A DNA stretch of 64,000 bases, from assembly GCF_009914755.1 (NCBI RefSeq), contig NC_060926.1; one strand, written 5' to 3'. The notes below the pieces were generated by a model, which was given only the letters and a program-made list of their open reading frames with translations, made no database searches and had not been told where the DNA came from. Both the position numbers and the translations under genes were made by a program. The number at the start of each line of letters is the position of its first letter. Positions within the stretch are counted from its first letter, which is position 1. The DNA is from the human T2T-CHM13v2.0 reference genome, Homo sapiens. Below are positions 57,001 through 64,000 of the stretch, in pieces.

Positions 57001-59099
57001 AAACACTTTTCAAAGCTTGCTAGTCTGCAAAATCCTATTCATCACAAAAATGTTGTAATGGCCAACCAAGTCACTATTGAAAGCACACATGTGCTTTCTT
57101 TCAACTTACACCCTTCCCCAGTGATAGGACTGGTCATGATAAACATCTAAATCAGACTGGAAAAACTAAGCCAAGAAGAGAACATTAAGTTGTATGCCTG
57201 TGATTGTCATTAACACTGGAATACCCAGCCCTGGGCAGCACCCTGGTACTTAAAAGGGAATGGAGGGTGACCTAAGGAGTCTGCCCAAAGAGAAGAGTAA
57301 AGGCACATGAGTTAGAGCTGTAAAATGAATTTATCTGATGGGGGTGGAAGAGGTCCTAGAGTTGCGTTAATGGGAATATTCAAGAGCAATAAGGGGACAT
57401 TAGGATGACACTGTAATCATCTTTGAGCAAGAACACCCTGTGATGTTACTGCTGTTTTATTATCCAGTCCTATGAATACAGTATGTAGGTCAATGCTGCA
57501 ATTGTACATTTTAGGAGGGGAGCACATACTGAGTTTAGTATTAATAAGGACTATCAATAAAGTCTTAACAAATGACCAGGGAATCCATATTAGAGACTGA
57601 ATATCAGCAGGAATGACCCTCACAGTTGGCGTGGAGTCAATCCTTCTGGATATATGACTTCCCCTCCCTTAGAGGAAACGGGTTAGGACTTTATATCCTA
57701 ATGATCTTGTATTAAACCTTTACCAAAACTGGACAATTAGGTGTACACTGAATTCTTCTGCTGTTCCAAGGTCTTGTCTAAGGATACTGGTGATTCCAAT
57801 GAGTTATCAGGAAGACAGGAATCTTTAAAAAGCTGTAGAGCCTTACATCTACAGCCTGATCGGCTTGAACAATCATATTTGTCTTTTTGCTTACAGAAAT
57901 ATTCTTAAACTGCTTTTATCTAGGTCTGCGGAGATGACGTGCTCTGTTTGTAGGAAGAAAACAGGATGGCACCAGTTGGCACTAATGCACTCTAAATGAG
58001 TCTGAAGTTCAAAAGTCTTCAGGGGCCTGGGAGATAACATAACTCAGTTGGAGAAGAGGGGACAGAATTTTTGCCATTCAGGATTTTATGCCAAAAATTG
58101 TTTTCAGATCTTTGGATTTTTCCAAGACAAGCCAGAACTGGATTCTTATGTCAACTCTCCCACTTGTCAATTGTTGTCAGATAATCCCCAAATTTTGTTT
58201 GTTCAGCAGCTCCCCCAACCCGCCCCCCAACAACAACAACAAAAAAACCATTTGCAGGCAAGATCAGAGCTGTAGGCCACCAGGTTGTAACCTCTGCACT
58301 ATAGCAAAAACCTGAAGAAACTGTCTGGAACTGGGGTCAGAGCAGAAAGAAGGATGTGGGATGAATTATTGACTAATGTGGTTCAGAGGCTTTGTGGTAA
58401 AACTTGAAGCTCAACAAATGTCAATTTTGGTATGCCAACAGAGGAAAAGAATTCCATAGGCAAAGAGGCACTCAATTATGAGTGCCTACGTTCATTCCTT
58501 AAGAACTGTGTTAAATTAAGACTTGAGACAGAAAATATGGGCTGAAGTAATTTTAAAACTCAGTTTTTCACAATTTGAGATTTATCTTTTTAACATATTC
58601 AAACAAAAGGAGTCATGGTTTAAAGTCAAAGAAAAACCTGTAATATATAATTAAGGTTGAATTTCTGCATACCAAATATAGTTAAGAAAATGGAACAAAA
58701 CAACATAATCAGCAATGAAGCACCAAGGGTACACCACCTATAAAAGACCATTTGTCTATTAAAAATAAACACATATAGCATACATAATCCAAAATAAAAT
58801 GCATAAACAATCTAGATTTTGCTTTCCTGTTAAGTATGAGACACTCACCAATGACATGCATGCACCAATGAAAGCAAACTTTGGTTTCTTCTCTGCTTTA
58901 ATATTCCTAGCTTTTGAAAATGGGCTGCAAATAGCACATCTCAATAGTACATTTGAAAGATATGCTACACTGCAGTGATGTAATATAAAAGCAACGTAAT
59001 AAGTTTTCTGAAGAATCATCTGCACCCAGAATGAGCGATTTATGTAAGACATTTAAAAAGTTCTAAGACTATTTAATGGGAGTATTATAGAGCTGGCAG

Positions 59100-59640
59100 T
59101 GTGCATGCATTACAGCTGAAGCCCCACAATGGGCTCATGGAGACTCAGCCTTCCACCCCAATGTGCCTGTTCAGAGATGGGCATAAGCCAGTATGGACCA
59201 ATCACAGGGGAGGAGAAGATTGTTGGGGACTTCCAAGAGAGAAACTTTCTTGCTCCTTATTAAGAATCACTAAAAGCCAAATGTGAATTAGGAAACATGC
59301 AGTTGGCCAGGTGTGGTGGCTCGTGCCTGTAATCCCAGCACTTTGGGAGGTCGAAGCGGGAGGATCGCTTGAGGCCAGGAGTTCAAGGAAACATGCAGCA
59401 CTGTTTCACTGGCAGCCTTCTAAGACTATGAAGGGAATGAGCCTCAGGATAAAATCAACACTGTGGAGAGCCGGGCTAAGGGAAGGAAAGACCCCAGGTC
59501 CTGGCTGATACCACTGAGATGCTAAACAACCCTGAAACCTTCCTTTCCTTTGGATATCCAGTATGTGAGCTAAAGTCCTTGTTTAAACCATTTTGAACAG
59601 AGTTTTCTGTTACTTGTAGCTTAAACCACTCTAATTGAAA
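59100..59640 (+). mobile_element. Old MaLR LTR (MLT1J/K-like)
   Basis: 3' end gtttaaaccattttga..agagttttctgttacttgtagc is typical of MLT1J/K. Confidence 0.6.
59305..59385 (+). mobile_element. Tailless Alu/FLAM 5' fragment
   Basis: First 81 nt of an Alu left monomer with no poly(A), flanked by a perfect 13-bp direct repeat AGGAAACATGCAG (59290-59302 and 59386-59398). Confidence 0.85.
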
Positions 59641-60313
59641 GTGCAGTTTCTCCTGGAGAATCATTCCAATTCTTCAAAATGTTAAGAGTCAAGTTTTACA
59701 CCGTATGGTTTTCTGGTAGGCATTGACTGCATTCATATAAAAACATACAGAATTGGAAGAAAAGATTGTCTTCTTAAGTTTCATAAAATACTGTCACATA
59801 CTAGGAATGATATATTCCATTTTGAAAGGGATGTTAATAGGCTAAGGGCAAATGGAGCAATTTTTATACCTGGGTCCAAGAGACATTTCAATGGAGTCTC
59901 CTTAAAGGAAAACTTTCTGGGTTTGCTCCAACCACTTTCATATGTCATTCTGGAATACAGTCTTATACCAACCAGTGAACAGTTTAAGTAATGTAAAGGA
60001 AGTACATATCGGTACCCAAGACACTACTACTGAGTTACAGAATTTTCCATTGTTATGAGTAAATAAAACCACCATCTCAAATATAATATAAACTTAATTG
60101 GTTCTTAATACAAAATTTATCTATAAGGATTGTTCCACCATCAATTACCATCTTCCTGGCTTCAAAGAAGTAGTAGTACTTCAAACTGAGTATACAGAAA
60201 ATAATACTCATGATGTAGTTACCAGTGAAAAAGAAAAAAAATCAATACTACTGATTTTAATATGTATATACAATGCTACAATGCAAACATTTAAATATTA
60301 TTTCATAGAATTT

Positions 60314-60642
60314 GTTTTTTGTGTGTGTGTGGAGGTGAAATTCATATAGCATAAAATCAACTCTTTTAAGTGAACAATTTAGTGGCATTTAGCATATTCA
60401 AAATGTTGTGCAACCACTACCTCTAGTCAGTTCTAAAAGATTTTCATCACCTAAAAGGAAAACTGTGTACCCAGTAAGCAGTCACTCCCCCATTCCCACC
60501 TCCTCCCAGCTCCCAGCAACCACAAATCTACTTTCTATCTCTATGGATTTAACCATTGTGGATATTTCATGTAAATGGAATCATATAATACGTGACCTTT
60601 TGTGTCTGGCTTCTTACACTTAGCATAATGCTTTCGAGGTTC
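60314..60642 (-). mobile_element. Short L1MB-like 3' fragment
   Basis: Reverse L1MB 3'UTR motifs, with a 14-bp TSD atttcatagaattt at 60300-60313 and 60643-60656. Confidence 0.85.
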
Positions 60643-60916
60643 ATTTCATAGAATTTTAATAAACTTAAAAATTATGCCAGAAAGAGTTGGTTTTAGTTTT
60701 AGGGCTCCCTGGAGAGAAGTCTCCAGTACAGCTACAGAGACTCTGGATGGGCCCCAACAAAGTTAAATCCTTCAGGTCACAAAAATCAACTATATAAATA
60801 TAGAATAACAGTAAATTGGGTAAGTAGAAGCCAGATGGAAAAATATTTTAAGAGGAGTTGCAAAGATGATGGGAGAGGTATTAAGCAACAATGAAATCTC
60901 AATGATGACTACATGA

Positions 60917-61300
<384 letters not shown>

Positions 61301-61779
61301 AAAACATTTAAAATATTTTAAACAGGGTAAGTGATTTTCTTTAAGTTCAGAACAAAACAGTGTATCCAAAATTCCAATACAGTATTTTCATGAGGAGTCC
61401 CCAAGCTTTCAAACTCCCATACCACATCAGGAATTTGGAGTTTATACCTAAGAATGTGAGCACTGCCCATCAGAAGGATACAGAAAGAACAGAGAGTATC
61501 AAGAGAGAGAAGATGGAGGTGGTTTTAGAAACTATACTGCCACCCAAAAAGGTACATTAAGAAGAAGAGATTAAGTGTGGCTTTGGGATTAGGTATGTTC
61601 TCCATCAGAGAGCAGAAATTAAAGGAGAATGGATTTAGGCTCGGTATAAAGCCCTTCCAAGCAGTAATTCAACAATGAACAGGTGTCTCTTACAAGGGGA
61701 AACTCTTTGGCACCAGAAATTGTCAGAGAGCTGGGTGACATGTGAAACTACCTCTCCTTCCCAGCCCTTTTGTCTGTTG

Positions 61780-61948
61780 CTGGTGCCAGCTTCATGTCCT
61801 GCAGCCCATGCAGACACATGGGGCCCAGGCTCAGAGGGTGCTGGGCTTTAATGCTCTGTTGTCACCGTATTGAAATTCTTAATTTTTGAAGAAGGGAATT
61901 TGTATTTTCATCTTGCACTGGGCCCTGCAAATTATGTAGCTGGTCCTG
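61780..61948. mobile_element. MER91A-like hAT-Tip100 MITE
   Basis: tttaatgctctgttgtcaccgtattgaaattcttaa...ttgcactgggccctgcaaattatgtagctggtcctg. Confidence 0.7.
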
Positions 61949-63299
61949 TTAATATGTACAGAAGAAATACTCTTATCTGATGAAGTGGGAGTGGTATTTG
62001 CTTGGGTAAAAGATACAGGCAGTTTAAGCAGGGAAAAATAAAACTGTGATACAAATAAAGCTTAAATTTAATGTTTTAAATTTACTATCCACTCTCGTGA
62101 TGTAGGGCCAAGAACATTTAAAAAATCCTAGATTTAAAAAATGTCTCTATTTTCTCACAGTATCCTTCCAATATCTAACTTAGCAACAGTTTTTAATAAT
62201 TTGGCTTTATCAAGATTTTCTAAAGCATCCCGGTTATTTTTTGCAGACACAACTCACTTTCTGAACTCATGTTTTATCAGTTTATTAAATGACACCATTA
62301 TAAGAAGAAGTCTGTACAAACGAGTTTGTTAAACCTAGAACCTACCTGGCAGGGGCAGCCATGGGGCTATGAAGGAGGATGCACTAATGTGTCATCTCTC
62401 ATAGCTTAGCGTCCAGCCCGCCCCCCAGGCATCACGGGTACATTCTACACAGGGAATTTAGAACATCACCTAACTCGGTGGGTCAAGTTCATGGTGGTTG
62501 GCTAGTCCTCTGTAGAAATAGAAGGCTTATTGCATTGTCTCCTGTCTGGATTGTCTTCTTGAGGCCTATAAGCATGGCTGCTCTTCCATGGGAAAGAAGT
62601 ATGAGTTTACTTGAGGTAGTGTAGACTCCCCCTGAAACTGGTGGAGATTCTTGTTATCAAGTATCAAAGAAAGAGGTAAGTGTTTGGCAAAGAAACTAGA
62701 ACTCAAAGAGGTAGATCACCGACTAAGGAACTGCAGAGCAAAGGGTGAGCCTGAGGAGGACAAGGGGATTTGCATTTCTCTCTCGGACTCTCCTCTTAGG
62801 TCTAGACTTTGAGGCTGGATGGTCCTCCCAGGCAGTAAGAGAGGGTCATTGCAGTTACTGGAAGCACGCAGAAAACTAAACCAGGAGGTAACCCTAGACT
62901 TACCTCCAGGCTCACTATAAGTGAACTATTTGGTTAGACTGATTTATCTAGTTGCCTACACCCTTCCGAGTGTCTGTATTTATTCTGTTGTTATTACACT
63001 ACTTTCCAGCTCTCTTTGTGCCAGAGAAGTAATAGGAGAAGGTTTTCCCACTGCTAGTGTGGAGGTGGCAGAGGCAAACACAGTGAATCTTGTGGACTAT
63101 AAGTAGGACAACAGTGGTTCAGTCATTCTTCCCTACGTGGAATTTCTACCTCCATTCTCTGCCAGGAATCTGGGTCTCACTGTATTTGGGGAAACTGCAG
63201 GGTGGCTTTATATTCTCTGACTGATACGGTATTTTGTAAAAGAAGCTTGATGTTTGATAGGAGGCCAGGTGAATTGATTTCAAAAGGGAAAGAGGGAAG

Positions 63300-63530
63300 A
63301 ACTACCCCTTACTGAGTGTCTCCTGGAGGCCAGGCATCCTGCTAACCCCTTCATGTAATCCAGTAATTCTCATAACCATCCCATGAGTTAAGTGGGTCAC
63401 TCTAGGGTAAGGAAGAAATTGAAGGCCTAGAGAGATGAACTAACTTCCCCAAGTCACATATCTTCACTGACAGAGCTGGGATTTGAACCTGCAGCCATCT
63501 GATTTTAAAACCTGTGTTCCTTCCCTACAT
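63300..63530 (-). mobile_element. MIR
   Basis: gaagaaattgaaggcctagagagatgaactaacttccccaagtcaca...gagctgggatttgaacc. Confidence 0.7.
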
Positions 63531-63647
63531 CACATAGCTCTACAGCAGTTTCAGATCCTAAAAGTCTAAGAAATAAGATGGGGATATTTTTAAAAGCTAA
63601 TAACAAAAAGTAATATACAATATGGAGAGTCATACAGCTCCTCAAAA

Positions 63648-63905
63648 GAGACACATAAAAACTGATTTTACTAACATTCATCCATAACCAACCAATCTGA
63701 AAACAGTGATTTAAAGAATTGTGGGGGATGGTATTTAATGGCGACTACAGTGCTGTATGAAAATTTCTACGCCATGAGACACAGAAAAACCGATTTTACT
63801 AAAATTCAACCATAACCAACCAATCTGAAACCAGCAATTTAACGAATTGTGGGGGATGTTATTTAATGGAGGCTATACAGTGCTGTATAATAATTTCTAT
63901 GTCAT
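63648..63905. repeat. Diverged ~128 bp tandem duplication
   Basis: 63648-63775 and 63776-63905 share gagacac..aaaac.gattttactaa.attca.ccataaccaaccaatctgaaa...gaattgtgggggatg.tatttaatgg...acagtgctgtat. Confidence 0.9.
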
Positions 63906-64000
63906 TCTATGTTTTTGTTACCTCTACTCCTCAAAAGATTGGAAAGCTCTTTCCCTTAAAAGAAAGTATTACATAAAGAATAAACCCAATTAAAGGGAAG

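Overview
This is primate, almost certainly human, genomic DNA; it carries Alu, THE1, MER41, MLT2A and LTR8 repeats. It holds the 3' end of STK39 (SPAK kinase) on the minus strand. The penultimate coding exon (30577-30641) reads [22 protein letters not shown]. The terminal exon (CDS 21396-21470) reads [24 protein letters not shown], followed by a ~1.5 kb 3'UTR ending near an AATAAA at 19939-19944. Positions 30642-64000 are one long STK39 intron; I found no further STK39 coding exon. Positions 1 to ~19900 are downstream flank. The rest is mostly transposon debris: Alu, L1, L2, MIR, hAT-Charlie, many solo LTRs and a truncated MER57 provirus. None of the supplied ORFs looks like a real gene, and I cannot establish a new biological system from this sequence. 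The most notable unexplained structures are (i) a diverged copy of a distal 3'UTR block just beyond the poly(A) site, (ii) a local inverted duplication in the last intron, (iii) a ~2 kb decayed LINE reverse-transcriptase fossil of RTE-X/L4 type, (iv) a tailless Alu monomer with a perfect TSD, (v) LTRs retaining GAS (STAT1) or DUX4 motifs, and (vi) several patchwork or fold-back templated-insertion scars. Repeat subfamily names come from my recall of consensus sequences, and repeat boundaries are approximate.
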